Shown piece after piece: positions 18,992 to 29,062 of a stretch of 64,000 nt of DNA (position 1 is the first letter of the stretch; every line of letters begins with the position of its first letter). The stretch covers positions 1,344,001 to 1,408,000 of the forward strand of contig JAWLHY010000001.1 in the NCBI GenBank assembly GCA_041690135.1. The letters are read 5' to 3'. The stretch comes from Armatimonadota bacterium (GTDB lineage Bacteria; Armatimonadota; SYMT01). The position numbers and the translations under genes are program-made. The notes under the pieces were generated by a model. The model was not told the origin of the DNA and did no database searches. It worked only from the letters and a program-made list of their open reading frames with translations.

Positions 18992-19190
18992 CCCACGGTT
19001 CGGAATTCCGCAGGGCTTGCCCGCGGAATCACACGGATAAGGAACGCGGAAGTTCCGAGCGACTGCGTAGACACAGTAGGTGTTCGGTCTGGCTGCTGCT
19101 GGAGGTGGTAGCCAGGCCGAACTACGGTGGCCAACGCGAGAGGGAGTATTCCGGCAAGTAATCCAAGGTCCGGCATGAATCCCCACAAAT

Positions 19191-19217
19191 GTAGGGGCGT
19201 GCCGCTGTGCCTGCCCT
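19191..19217 (+). repeat. REP-like element (GTAG foot plus imperfect palindrome)
   Basis: GTAGGGGCGTGCCGCTGTGCCTGCCCT. Confidence 0.55.
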
Positions 19218-19388
19218 ATTCTGGGTTGAATGACTCATGGCAAACGCGTACTCGAACCAACGGTTGCGGGACTGGTAGGCCGGACAATTTGCGGGCCAAC
19301 GCCCGTCCGGACCCGTATGGGCGAAAACGCGACGCCCCAGGGGCACCCGGCGAAAGACGCGAAAAGGAAGGCCCATCCCCTAGCCAGG

Positions 19389-19470
19389 AGCCCCGGAGGG
19401 GCGAAGACAATAGCCGGGGGTGCAAACCCCCGGACGCGCGCCCCCACACAACAGCCCTGAAAGGGCGACA
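19389..19470 (+). repeat. Small multi-hairpin repeated element (second REP-like class)
   Basis: AGCCCCGGAGGGGCGA...CCGGGGGTGCAAACCCCCGG...AGCCCTGAAAGGGCGA. Confidence 0.65.
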
Positions 19471-19563
19471 GAGCAGCGCGTCTTGAGGAATGCGGAACCG
19501 CCCAGACGGGCACCCGATGTCCGAAGGGAGTAACCCGCTCAAGTACGCCCACGAGAATGCCCC

Positions 19564-20013
19564 ATGCCACGCAAATCCGCTGGGCACAAAACCCTTCGCA
19601 AGCCGACCCAACTCGGTGGCGACCGCGTCAAGCTCCTCGTGGTCGGGTTCTACGAAGTGGATGAGGAAGAAGGCCCCATACTGGTAGAGGGCATCCTCAT
19701 CGGCCCGGCCTATTTCGTGGATGATCCCGAAAACTTCCGGTTCTACACCCCGCTGGGTTACGAAGAACCGACGCCGATCACCCGCATCTTCTACCTGGAC
19801 CCCCTGGGAGAAAAACTGGTCGGCAGCTATCTCCATCCACGCCCCAGCGTCAATCCCCGCAAGTGGCCGGAGTGTATGCAAACGACCCGCCAGCGGTTTG
19901 TAGCCATCCTTCCCCACGGTGAAGGACTCATGACGCCGTTCGGGACGGTGCTGGCGGAGGAAATCGAACCGATCCCCGAACGACTCCTTCGCCTGATCTG
20001 GCTGGAAGACTGA
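19564..20013 (+). CDS. Hypothetical protein
   Basis: 149-aa ORF with protein-like composition, co-oriented with neighbours. Confidence 0.55.
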   Translation: MPRKSAGHKTLRKPTQLGGDRVKLLVVGFYEVDEEEGPILVEGILIGPAYFVDDPENFRFYTPLGYEEPTPITRIFYLDPLGEKLVGSYLHPRPSVNPRKWPECMQTTRQRFVAILPHGEGLMTPFGTVLAEEIEPIPERLLRLIWLED

Positions 20014-20105
20014 TTTTCCACCGGAAAGCGTGCAGGCACTCCTCGCCCTCCCGGCTAACCTGAAGGCGGCGCCCGCATCGCCGCGGCGCGTATCGGGAGG
20101 GCTCA

Positions 20106-21002
20106 ATGAAGAGGATTTCCATCGGGTCGTGGGCGTACACCATCGGCCCTTACGCCGGCAATCCGGTACCTTTCGACGAAGTAATCGACCGCCTAGCCGG
20201 CCTCGGTTTCGACGGCGTGGAACTGGGCGGCTTCCCCCCTCACCCCAACCCGGATCAGCTGATTACTCGCGAGGAGCGACAGGCCGTCGCGGCGCAGGTC
20301 CGTGCGAAGGGGCTCGCCTGGTCCGGGCTCGCCGCCAACCTCTGGGGCGAAAAGCTCATCAACACCGACGACCCCGCGAAATACATCTCCGAGTTCGAGA
20401 AGAACGTCGTCTTCTGCAACGACCTCGGCATCGACGCCATCCGCGTGGATACCGTCCAGCCGCCCACCATTTTCTCGGAGGTCGACCCCGAAACAGCGCG
20501 CCGGCGGGTGGTGAACACCTGGAAGCATTGCTCCCGGTTCGCCGCCGACCGCGGGGTGCGGGTGGTGTGGGAATTTGAGCCCGGTTTCGCCTTTAACAAG
20601 CCGTCCGACATCTTCCGTATCCTGGACGAGGTGAACGACGACAACTTCAGCGTGGAATTCGACACCTGCCATGCGCACATGGTGGCCGCGGTGGGAGCCC
20701 GCCAGCCGGGCGAGAAGGAGACCCTTCCCGGCGGCGCGCTGGAGTTGGCGCAAAAGCTTCGCGGTAAGATCGGCCACGTGCACCTGATCGATTCGGACGG
20801 CACCCTTCACGACGACGAGACCTCCACCCACGCCCCCATCGGCGAGGGGCTGCTGGACTTCGACGTGCTGCTGCCGGAGTTCAACCGCGGCGGCGTGCCG
20901 ACGGACTGGTGGTGCATCGATCTCTGCTGCTGGCCGGACGCCTGGGCCGTGACGGAGAAGTGCAAGCGGGCCGTGGATGCCCTGAACGCGAAGTACGGGT
21001 AG
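20106..21002 (+). CDS. Sugar phosphate isomerase/epimerase (AP-endonuclease-2 TIM barrel)
   Basis: [27 protein letters not shown]; RBS GGAGG. Confidence 0.88.
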   Translation: MKRISIGSWAYTIGPYAGNPVPFDEVIDRLAGLGFDGVELGGFPPHPNPDQLITREERQAVAAQVRAKGLAWSGLAANLWGEKLINTDDPAKYISEFEKNVVFCNDLGIDAIRVDTVQPPTIFSEVDPETARRRVVNTWKHCSRFAADRGVRVVWEFEPGFAFNKPSDIFRILDEVNDDNFSVEFDTCHAHMVAAVGARQPGEKETLPGGALELAQKLRGKIGHVHLIDSDGTLHDDETSTHAPIGEGLLDFDVLLPEFNRGGVPTDWWCIDLCCWPDAWAVTEKCKRAVDALNAKYG

Positions 21003-21007
21003 TCACC

Positions 21008-22150
21008 ATGAGCAAACCCCTCAACATCGGATTGATCGGCTACGGATTCATGGGGCGGGCGCACTCCAATGCCTATCGCCAGGTGAACCAATTCTTCGAT
21101 CTGGAATACCGGCCGGTCCTTAAGGCCGCATGCGCGCGCAACCCGGAGAAGATCCGCGCCTTCGCGGAGAACTGGGGCTGGGAGTCGGTGGAGACCGACT
21201 GGCGGCGCTTGATCGAGCGGAAGGATATCGACGCCATCGATATCGGCAGCCCAAACAACACCCACCGTGAGATTGCCCTCGCCGCCGCCCAGGCCGGGAA
21301 AATGGTCCTGTGCGAGAAGCCGCTGGCCATGAACGGCGCCGAGGCGCGGGAGATGACCGACGCCATCGAGCGGGCGGGCGTCCCGAACATGGTATGGTTC
21401 AACTACCGGCGCGTCCCGGCGATCACGCTGGCGAAGCAGGTGGTGGACGAAGGCCGTATCGGCCGCCCATTCCACTACCGGGCGCAGTATCTGCAGGATT
21501 GGACCATCAGCCCGGACCTCCCGCTCGGCGGGCAAACGCTGTGGCGCCTGGACGCGGACGTCGCCGGGTCCGGGGTCTCCGGCGACCTGGTGGCGCACTC
21601 CATCGACACGGCGATGTGGCTCAACGGCCGGATTGCCTCCGTATCGGGGATGACGGAGGTCTTCGTCAAGGAACGGCCCGTGCAGGACGAGCCCGGCCGG
21701 ACCAGGCCGGTGACCATCGACGACGCCTGCCAGTTCATGTGCCGGTTCGAAAACGGCGCGCTCGGCCTCTTCGAGTCAACGCGCTACGCCCGCGGACGCA
21801 AGAACTTCAACACCTTCGAGCTGAACGGCGCCGACGCTTCGGTGTACTTCAACCTGGAAGACCCGCACCGGCTTCAGTTCTATGATCATGGCGATCCAGA
21901 CCACCTCCACGGCTGGCGGGGCATCCACGTGACCGGGTTCGAGCACCCCTACATGAAGAACTGGTGGGTGCCGGGCTGCACCATCGGCTACGAGCACACC
22001 TTTATCAACGCGCTGGCCGACTTCCTGAAGGGACTGGAAACAGGCATCCCCGCCCAGCCCACCTTCCGCGACGCCCTCCACACCCAACTGGTCCTCGACG
22101 CCGTCCTGGAATCCGCAAAGACCGGGCAATGGGTAGAGGTCGCTTACTAG
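21008..22150 (+). CDS. Gfo/Idh/MocA family oxidoreductase
   Basis: [39 protein letters not shown]. Confidence 0.92.
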   Translation: MSKPLNIGLIGYGFMGRAHSNAYRQVNQFFDLEYRPVLKAACARNPEKIRAFAENWGWESVETDWRRLIERKDIDAIDIGSPNNTHREIALAAAQAGKMVLCEKPLAMNGAEAREMTDAIERAGVPNMVWFNYRRVPAITLAKQVVDEGRIGRPFHYRAQYLQDWTISPDLPLGGQTLWRLDADVAGSGVSGDLVAHSIDTAMWLNGRIASVSGMTEVFVKERPVQDEPGRTRPVTIDDACQFMCRFENGALGLFESTRYARGRKNFNTFELNGADASVYFNLEDPHRLQFYDHGDPDHLHGWRGIHVTGFEHPYMKNWWVPGCTIGYEHTFINALADFLKGLETGIPAQPTFRDALHTQLVLDAVLESAKTGQWVEVAY

Positions 22151-22158
22151 GAACCCTG

Positions 22159-23019
22159 ATGATTCACCATAAAGTCAAATTCGGAATGAACCTGCTTCTC
22201 TGGACGGCGGGTGTTACGGAAGCGCACTTCCCCCTTCTCGCGAAGATCAAAGAGTGGGGTTTCGACGGGGCCGAGCTGCCCCTCTTCGACGCCGACGAGG
22301 CGACCCTCAAGCGGACGGCCGCCGAAGTCGCCAACCTGGGGCTGGGCGTGACCACGGTCACCGTCTGCTCCGCCGAGACGAACCCCGTCTCCCCGGATGC
22401 TGCCGTCCGGCAGGCGGCCCTCGACTATCTCAAGCAGCGCATCGACTGGACCGCCACTCTCGGCGGCGAGCTGCTGTGCGGGCCGATCCACTCCGCCCTC
22501 GGCTATTTCACCGGCACGGGCCGGACGGACGACGAGTGGCGGCGGGGGGTAGAAGTGCTGCGCGCCGCCGCCGAGCACGCGGCACAGGCGGGGGTGAAGC
22601 TCTCGGTCGAGCCCCTGAACCGCTTCGAGTGCTACTTCCTCAACACCGCGGAAGACGCCGACCGCTTCGTGGCGGAAGTCGATCACCCCAACCTGGGCTA
22701 CCTCTACGACACCTTCCACGCCAATATCGAAGAGCGGGACATTCACCGGGCCATCCGCGCCAACTTCAAGGGCATCAACCACGTCCACGTCTCGGAGAAC
22801 GACCGCGGCGTCCCCGGCCGGGGCCATGTCCACTGGCGTGAGACCTTCGAAGCCCTCAACCGCTCCGGCTACGAAGGTTGGCTCACCATCGAAGCATTCG
22901 GCCGCGCCCTCCCCGAGCTCGCCGCCGCCACCCGCGTCTGGCGCGACCTCTTCCCCAGTGAGGAAGAAGTGGCCACCCACGGCATCGACTTCATCAAGGG
23001 AAGCTGGTCGATGTCCTGA
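22159..23019 (+). CDS. D-psicose/D-tagatose 3-epimerase family protein
   Basis: VEPLNRFECYFLN, YDTFHANIEE, HVHVSENDRGVPG, LTIEAF. Confidence 0.9.
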   Translation: MIHHKVKFGMNLLLWTAGVTEAHFPLLAKIKEWGFDGAELPLFDADEATLKRTAAEVANLGLGVTTVTVCSAETNPVSPDAAVRQAALDYLKQRIDWTATLGGELLCGPIHSALGYFTGTGRTDDEWRRGVEVLRAAAEHAAQAGVKLSVEPLNRFECYFLNTAEDADRFVAEVDHPNLGYLYDTFHANIEERDIHRAIRANFKGINHVHVSENDRGVPGRGHVHWRETFEALNRSGYEGWLTIEAFGRALPELAAATRVWRDLFPSEEEVATHGIDFIKGSWSMS

Positions 23020-23162
23020 TCGAGTGCCACCGCGCCCGTCCAGATTTCGCCGCCAGGGATATCAGGTAGCGAAGTCGGGCGGGTGCGCCTGGCAGTTTCT
23101 ATTCCCTCTCCCACAAGTCCGCATGCTCCGCACGCTCAGCACCTGACCGGCAAGCCCAATTC

Positions 23163-23188
23163 GTAGGGGCATCGGCCCTGGTTGCCCT
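23163..23188 (+). repeat. REP-like element, identical to the copy at 35366
   Basis: GTAGGGGCATCGGCCCTGGTTGCCCT between convergent genes. Confidence 0.8.
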
Positions 23189-23286
23189 GTCCAGGCTGAG
23201 ATGAGTGCGTGCAAAACCGTAGTCACCCGCGGATCCAGAGCCGGCTTATGGCAGGACCACGAGGTGACCCGATCTGATCCGCATCC

Positions 23287-24378
23287 TCATACATGCCCTC
23301 GCCGCTCCCACTCGGTGCGAATCGCCCGGTATAGCGAGCGGATTTCCTGTTGCTCCTTCGGGCTCAGAAAAGAAGACCCTGCGTGTGCCAGCGCCCGCTG
23401 CCACATGAAGAGACTGCATAGGAGCTCCTCGAGGGTGCCGGCCCAGTGCCCGGTCCGCTGGAACTGCTCCCGCATCCGCCGATCTACCGCGGCGGCCTCC
23501 TCGTAGCCCCCGTAATACCGGTAGGCGTCAAACGACCGCGCATGGCGCATGATCGCCGCCATATCCTCCGTGTCCGGCGGCTCCGGCCTCAACTCGGAGC
23601 AGTTCCCCACCCGCCCCTCCGGGCCGAGCAACCGCGTCACTTCCGCGCGCACCAGGGTCCCCAGGTCCGGCAATTGCCCGTTATCGTCCAGTTCCCATCG
23701 GTAGTCGCCTCCGGGATGCTGGTCGAAGAACGCCACGCAGCACCGGGCCAGGCGTGCCGCGTTCCGGTGCGCCGCCTCCAGGTCAAGACCTGTCTTGAGC
23801 GGCCACTCCCCGTCCGGAGTAGCGTCCGATGGATGTGCCTGATACTCCGACCACGCGTGCGACGCCCACCCGAGGTAGAGGTGAGCGGTGGCGCCCTCGC
23901 AGTAGGCCAGTAGCTCCAGGATCGGAACCCGGACACCGGGAGAGCGCCCCCGGATCCGCTCCAGCAGGATCCAGCCGGACGCGCTCGAATCGTCCATTGC
24001 ATATTCCAGCCAGGTTGCTCCCCAACACTCCAGGCAGGGGTTGAAATTCGCACGGTCCTCCACCCAGTGCAGCCAATCCTGCCGGATGGCCTCGCGGGAC
24101 TCGCGCCAGTTCAGCGCTCCCTCCGGGTGCGCAAGCGTCGAGAAATCCGTGCCGGGTAGCGGCTCCTCCGCGGGGAATGGCGGCGGATTGAACGGAGGTG
24201 TCGGGGTAAGCGACCCTTGGATCGTTCTCCACTCTCCCGAGCCGCCGTGTTCCCCGAAGGTCATCCCCACAGGAACAACCAGGCTGTCAAAGAAGGCGCG
24301 CCCGACCCGCACGAACAGGTCTCGGGCGTCACCAAACGGCCAACAGGACAGGATGAGGGTGGAACCTGAGATACCCAC
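23287..24378 (-). CDS. Hypothetical protein
   Basis: Trp-rich coding-like ORF; GTG start chosen just after the SMI1/KNR4 stop. Confidence 0.55.
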   Translation of the reverse strand: MGISGSTLILSCWPFGDARDLFVRVGRAFFDSLVVPVGMTFGEHGGSGEWRTIQGSLTPTPPFNPPPFPAEEPLPGTDFSTLAHPEGALNWRESREAIRQDWLHWVEDRANFNPCLECWGATWLEYAMDDSSASGWILLERIRGRSPGVRVPILELLAYCEGATAHLYLGWASHAWSEYQAHPSDATPDGEWPLKTGLDLEAAHRNAARLARCCVAFFDQHPGGDYRWELDDNGQLPDLGTLVRAEVTRLLGPEGRVGNCSELRPEPPDTEDMAAIMRHARSFDAYRYYGGYEEAAAVDRRMREQFQRTGHWAGTLEELLCSLFMWQRALAHAGSSFLSPKEQQEIRSLYRAIRTEWERRGHV

Positions 24379-24383
24379 ACTGA

Positions 24384-24914
24384 TTACCCTCCGGGCTCGA
24401 ACACCGGCTCCAGGGGTTCGATGAGATCCTCCGGAAAGCACCCGGGCACGATCTCCCGTCTCACCCACTTCGCTAGAAAGGTGCTCATGTCCATCGCATA
24501 CTCCTCGTATCCCAGGAATTCGCTGTCCACCAGCACTACCGGCCACGCCTCCGGTTCCCCCGCCATTCGCCAGTACACGCTGTCTCCGTTGTTGCTGCCG
24601 CCCCAGCACAGCAGACCCCCCGGCACCGGGTAGGTCGGAAACGGCAGCCGCTCCGGCTGATTGGCGCGATGGATGTTGTAGATCTCCAGCCACGCCTCGT
24701 TGCACTTCGCCAGCGACTCCAACGTCGAAAACGGGTTGGCGGGGAAGAGGAAGCCGTAGAACCCTCCCCTACCATAGTGGAAGACGTATTGCTTGTAGTC
24801 CATCGGCAGGCGAAGGCCCAACTCGCGTTCAACGCTTTCCCAGTTGGGAGAAGTGGGAATGTCCAGGGGTTCCGCCGGGGGCGGCGCAACCGAAGTAAGG
24901 TCATCTATAGACAC
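24384..24914 (-). CDS. SMI1/KNR4 (SUKH) family immunity protein
   Basis: WESVERELGLRLPMDYKQYV..YGRG, LLCWGGSNNGDSVYW, WPVVLVD, MSTFL. Confidence 0.88.
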   Translation of the reverse strand: MSIDDLTSVAPPPAEPLDIPTSPNWESVERELGLRLPMDYKQYVFHYGRGGFYGFLFPANPFSTLESLAKCNEAWLEIYNIHRANQPERLPFPTYPVPGGLLCWGGSNNGDSVYWRMAGEPEAWPVVLVDSEFLGYEEYAMDMSTFLAKWVRREIVPGCFPEDLIEPLEPVFEPGG

Positions 24915-24994
24915 GGCAAACCCTCCTGTGTATCCGATGCATTACAGCGCGGCTCCTGGCGAACGGACCGGCCTTTGTCCACCGCACCTGTGTA

Positions 24995-25228
24995 GGTAGG
25001 GTCGGCGCCGTACACCCGGAGCGGCATAGGGCTATCCCCGACCGGGATGTTGTCTCCGAACCCGGAATGCACCACGGTAGCCGCAATGGTGGTGGTAGGG
25101 TCGACGCCGTACACCCGGCGAAGCAGAGGGCTGTCCCCGACCAGGATCGTGCCTCCGCACCTGGATTGCATACCGGCACCAGCCCCCGCCCCTGATCCCG
25201 CCTCCGCACCCGGATTGCAAAACGGTAG
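24995..25228. repeat. Degenerate 99-bp tandem repeat (two copies plus a partial third) with GTAG-footed hairpin
   Basis: GTAGGGTCGRCGCCGTACACCCGG...GGGCTRTCCCCGACC...CTCCGMACCYGGAWTGCA at 24996 and 25095; tail repeated at about 25200. Confidence 0.8.
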
Positions 25229-25261
25229 TTCCGGAGCATGCCCCCGTCGTGCCTGGAAGGA

Positions 25262-25420
25262 CTACCCTCGCGCCATCACAAAGGGCGGGGATGCAGCCAT
25301 TAAGAGTGCGTCATCGGGAGAGAACGCCAGCCTGCGAGGACAGCAGGAGTCGCTCGCCGCGATGGAGCGCACGCGGTATTCCCCGACGAGAGCCTCCGCT
25401 GCGGCGAATGCCTCATCCAT
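25262..25420 (-). pseudogene. Short ORF, probable WD40 fragment
   Basis: 52 aa MDEAF...RRLAFSPDDALL, overlapping the upstream stop codon. Confidence 0.3.
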
Positions 25421-25988
25421 CGGCTTCAGCCATCAAGCGGCGCCGGCGGGCAAGCTCGATTGGGTTCGGGTACGGCCAATCAAGCATCAGGGAGAGTTCG
25501 TAGGTGTCGATCTCTTCAACCAGTTGGGGAACGAATTGGTTCTGGCGCACGTGCTCCACCATCTCCGGCGGAAGCCGTACGTGATGTTGCTCCACGTAGT
25601 GAACCAGGGGACGGAACCATAACCAGACCCCGTCCGTCACCATCACACCCCCCTGTTTATCGCTAGATCTACAATTAAGGACGCAGTAGCCCTCTCCCCC
25701 AGTGATTGTCAGTTGCCGGGATCGCTGCAAGTAGTTGAGGATCGCGCGCTGGTCCGGGTCGCGATAGCCCGGATCGATGACGTCATGGATGCTTGGGAAG
25801 ACGTTTGGGTCCCGCTCAACTCCCGTGCGGTCCTCTCTCCACCACCCATACCAGCGGTAGGGGTGTACGATCGGAAACGGCTTTGGCGCAGTATCTTCAG
25901 GGGTCTGGTCAGTGAACCCCGGCAATAGCCGGCGCAGGCGTTCCTTCCACGGGCTCCACGGCGGCTTTCCTGGGTCGTTGCCCATCAC
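25413..25988 (-). CDS. Hypothetical protein, putative immunity-associated family
   Basis: Motif TDGVWLW...LVHYVEQHHVRLP; RBS GGAGG. Confidence 0.7.
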   Translation of the reverse strand: MMGNDPGKPPWSPWKERLRRLLPGFTDQTPEDTAPKPFPIVHPYRWYGWWREDRTGVERDPNVFPSIHDVIDPGYRDPDQRAILNYLQRSRQLTITGGEGYCVLNCRSSDKQGGVMVTDGVWLWFRPLVHYVEQHHVRLPPEMVEHVRQNQFVPQLVEEIDTYELSLMLDWPYPNPIELARRRRLMAEADG

Positions 25989-26054
25989 GACTTTCCTCCA
26001 CCGGACGGCGATGGTCCGCGCATTTCTTGGTGCTTCGTTCGCCGCCCTACCGTA

Positions 26055-26438
26055 TTACCACCACGCTAACAGCAGATACCGCTGACCGGTGTCCGGGGTC
26101 GGGTCGTAGATCCCCTTCTTGTCCCACTTCGCCACCCAGGAGAACAGGCGCTTGCGGCTCTCCGGGTCGTCAGGCAGTTCGATCACCAGGCGATCCGTGT
26201 CCTGGTGCTCTGGCTTACCATAGATCTTTGTGGCAACCACCTTCACCGCGCCCATTTCATAGAGGCGGTTCACGAGGGCCACCAGTTGCTCGCGCGACAT
26301 TGCGCCCCGGCTCCCCTCGGAGCCTGTAATGGTCCGGCGCCCCGGCTCCTGCAACCACTCGAGCGCCTCTCTACTGTTTGGCTGCGCGAGATCACATCGG
26401 TAGAAATCGTCATACCGGTTCTGGTTCCTGTCTGGCAC
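26055..26438 (-). CDS. Hypothetical protein
   Basis: EALEWL...LYEMGAVKV...LVIELPDDPESRKRLF...DTGQRYLLLAWW; globular composition. Confidence 0.7.
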   Translation of the reverse strand: MPDRNQNRYDDFYRCDLAQPNSREALEWLQEPGRRTITGSEGSRGAMSREQLVALVNRLYEMGAVKVVATKIYGKPEHQDTDRLVIELPDDPESRKRLFSWVAKWDKKGIYDPTPDTGQRYLLLAWW

Positions 26439-26471
26439 TTTTCCACTCCGATCTCGAACAAGCAGGACGGG

Positions 26472-26903
26472 CTACATCTGGTTCCACGCAAACGGCAACG
26501 GACCGAAGTGGCGGATCTCCAGCTTCCGGTCCACTCGGTAAGGGTCATCCCAGCCGATTTGGTAGGCGTTGGCAGCCTCCGTCTGCTCCTCTTCGTACAA
26601 CACAACAACGCGGTGATGGGATAATGGGAGACCGGGCCGCCGCTCACCGAGGATATCTGCCCAGAAGGGGCGCAGTTCCTCGACGAACTGCTCGACATCC
26701 GTCGCATTTCCGACAAGACCCCACAACAACAACCCGCCCTTGGGTCCGAAGTTCTTGCCTTCGCGCTGGGAGAGTTCTTGCAAGTACCACTGGCTCTCCC
26801 TGGTTAGTCCCTCGGACCATTGCAGGTGCTCACGGGCGACTTCAGCGACCGCCTCATTGCGGTCGCAGTTGAAGGCGACGTGGAGGTGAACGTAGTAGCC
26901 CAT
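26472..26903 (-). CDS. Hypothetical protein
   Basis: 143-aa acidic/aromatic ORF, tightly packed in the array. Confidence 0.7.
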   Translation of the reverse strand: MGYYVHLHVAFNCDRNEAVAEVAREHLQWSEGLTRESQWYLQELSQREGKNFGPKGGLLLWGLVGNATDVEQFVEELRPFWADILGERRPGLPLSHHRVVVLYEEEQTEAANAYQIGWDDPYRVDRKLEIRHFGPLPFAWNQM

Positions 26904-26927
26904 GGGAACCCTCGCCTTACGCGCATT

Positions 26928-27911
26928 CTATTGCTGTGATCCCTCCTGGGATTGGAGATCCCAGAGGCGCAACTCGCCGTCCGCTCCGCCGCACGCCAGG
27001 TACCGGCCGTCAGGAGAGTAGGCCGGGGAGCGGTATTGGCAGCCTCGCTTGCTGATTGGGTCCTGGCAGGTATACAACTGCTCCCCGGTCCCGGGGTCCC
27101 ACACCTCTGCCGCCCCCCAGATCACGGTCGCAATTTGTTTCGAATCCGGGGAGAATCTTGCTCTTCCGCCTCTCGGCGGAATCTCCGTCTGATACTGCCG
27201 GTACTGTTGGGCATCAGTATCCCAGATCGACAATTGGCCCCCACCGCCGCGCAGATGCCAGGATACGGCGGCCAGCGCACCCTCTTCGGACACGGCGACT
27301 TCCGCGGACACGCACTTCATCCCCTTCGTCGTGTGCACTAGCTCACCGGTGTCCGCGCACCACATGCGCACGTCTTTTACACCACCGAGTGCGTGGCTGG
27401 AAGTCCCCGCGGTGGCAACCAGCGATCCGCAGGCCGAGATGTCCACGCCCACGGCTTTGACTCCGTGTTTGACGACTCGGAGGGAGTCTTCGGCGACGTG
27501 GTAAATGGCGATTGTGCCGTCGGCGAACGTCGCCGCGACAATATGACCATCGGGAGAGAATGCCGCTCGATAACAGGGCGCGGCGCAAACCGCCAGTTCC
27601 CGACGACGGCCAAACGGCATCAGGTCCCACAGGTGGACCGTGCCGGCAGGCGCATCATCCATCCTGAACAGGCCCAACGCCTCTCCCTGTGGAGTCGTTC
27701 CGATGGCCAGGATCTGCCCGGCCACGAAACCCATTGTTTGGTGCAAGTCCGAATGCAGGTCGCACAGGTCGATCCGGGCCGCTCCGATCCCTTTGGCCCC
27801 CACGAAGAGCTGGGTGCCGTCGGCGGTAAACGCCAGTTGCCCAGGGGCCCCGGAATGCTCACTCGGGCCTTCGCCGATGTACCAGTTGTAGAGTGGGGCA
27901 AGAGTGATCAT
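26928..27911 (-). CDS. WD40-repeat protein
   Basis: LAFTADG, VHLWDL, AAFSPDG, LSIWDT, ARFSPDS, AYSPDGRYLACGGADGELRLWDL. Confidence 0.88.
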   Translation of the reverse strand: MITLAPLYNWYIGEGPSEHSGAPGQLAFTADGTQLFVGAKGIGAARIDLCDLHSDLHQTMGFVAGQILAIGTTPQGEALGLFRMDDAPAGTVHLWDLMPFGRRRELAVCAAPCYRAAFSPDGHIVAATFADGTIAIYHVAEDSLRVVKHGVKAVGVDISACGSLVATAGTSSHALGGVKDVRMWCADTGELVHTTKGMKCVSAEVAVSEEGALAAVSWHLRGGGGQLSIWDTDAQQYRQYQTEIPPRGGRARFSPDSKQIATVIWGAAEVWDPGTGEQLYTCQDPISKRGCQYRSPAYSPDGRYLACGGADGELRLWDLQSQEGSQQ

Positions 27912-28365
27912 TGTAATGAACTCTCGGCGAACTGTTGGGGGAGATCCAGCGCAATGCGTTGCGTCGTCCAGCCCGCGACCAGGCAGGCGGCATACGCCTC
28001 AGGTCCGACCTGGACCCAATGGTGATCCCCCAATGGACCCGCCGACACGAGCCACAGCACCGCGAGGGTTACCCCATTCGCCAGCGTAAACATGAGCCTC
28101 GACGCGGCCACCTTCAATGGGTGTATTTACGGCTGGCAAATGGATGGTCAAAGGAACGCCTTATTGATAGCTTCATTGGGATTGCGAGAAACTCCTACAC
28201 TTTCCGGGAACAAGAAGGGGAGAGCTTACTCCGACCTGGCGTTCTTATCCGGGAGTTGGACGAAGCGGGCGTCTCGAAGCACAGTCCCCCCAGCGTCCGG
28301 GAGGACGCCACGTCCAGCGAGGTGATTTCCAATCCCTCGCGGGGGCTGTGTGGGCGCGTGAGGGA

Positions 28366-28785
28366 CTACGTCTCCGGGCAGGTGTCGAAGGGACCGGTAA
28401 TGACGGCCGAGCGGGCGACCACTTCGACAACCCCGTGGTGATCAAAGTAGAGCTGGTAATGGGCGAAGTCGGCGTCGGAGTCCGTGAACTGCGGCCCCAG
28501 CCGTTCTCTGCGTCTCCGGATTACCTCCTCCAGCCACGGGGAGGCACGGATGCAGAGCATCTGGTTCGTGGAGATCCAGTCCTCGTCCGTTAGACACTGC
28601 TCGCGCCGCAGTTCCACGGTTTGCGCGCAGAGGAACTCGATACGGGCCCACCGCACCTCGCCCGCCACCCAACCGTCGTAACGGACCACCACCGCCGGGT
28701 CCACCGTCAACAGCGGCCCCCGCGAAGTCCCACTCGTACTCACCGGCAAAGCAATCCGCTCCTGTTCCCGGTGCATCGTTGTCAC
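28366..28785 (-). CDS. Hypothetical protein, putative immunity-like
   Basis: SPWL...AHYQLYFDHHGVVEVVA pattern; start uncertain. Confidence 0.65.
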   Translation of the reverse strand: MTTMHREQERIALPVSTSGTSRGPLLTVDPAVVVRYDGWVAGEVRWARIEFLCAQTVELRREQCLTDEDWISTNQMLCIRASPWLEEVIRRRRERLGPQFTDSDADFAHYQLYFDHHGVVEVVARSAVITGPFDTCPET

Positions 28786-28910
28786 CCACCCCCAATGGAT
28801 TTGTTCTAGATTGGCGCGGGCTCCGGGCCCTGTGCCTTATGCAGCCTCAATATGCCGCCCCCGACTCCAGTGGTGGGTACGCTTGTGCAGGCTCTCATCC
28901 TCTTCAGGAA

Positions 28911-28947
28911 AGGGCAACCAGAGCCTTGGGTGCACTGGTGTCCCTAC
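28911..28947 (-). repeat. REP-like element, inverted relative to the 23163 copy
   Basis: Minus strand GTAGGGAC...CTCTGGTTGCCCT shares the foot and the 3' 11-mer CTGGTTGCCCT. Confidence 0.55.
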
Positions 28948-29062
28948 GGAAAGGGGGCTCAGACAGGTGCTGACCGCAACGTGATCGCACATGTCTCTCC
29001 ACCCTCTCCGGGAAGACTCTCCGTGTGCCCTCAGTGTCTCTGTGTCTCCGTGGTGAGAAACA

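Noticed and set aside
24995-25228. Possible CRISPR array
   Set aside because: Only 2-3 long degenerate units, no unique spacers of regular length, no cas genes
23287-28785. Integron cassette array
   Set aside because: No recurring attC-type RYYYAAC...GTTRRRY palindromes after the genes and no integrase
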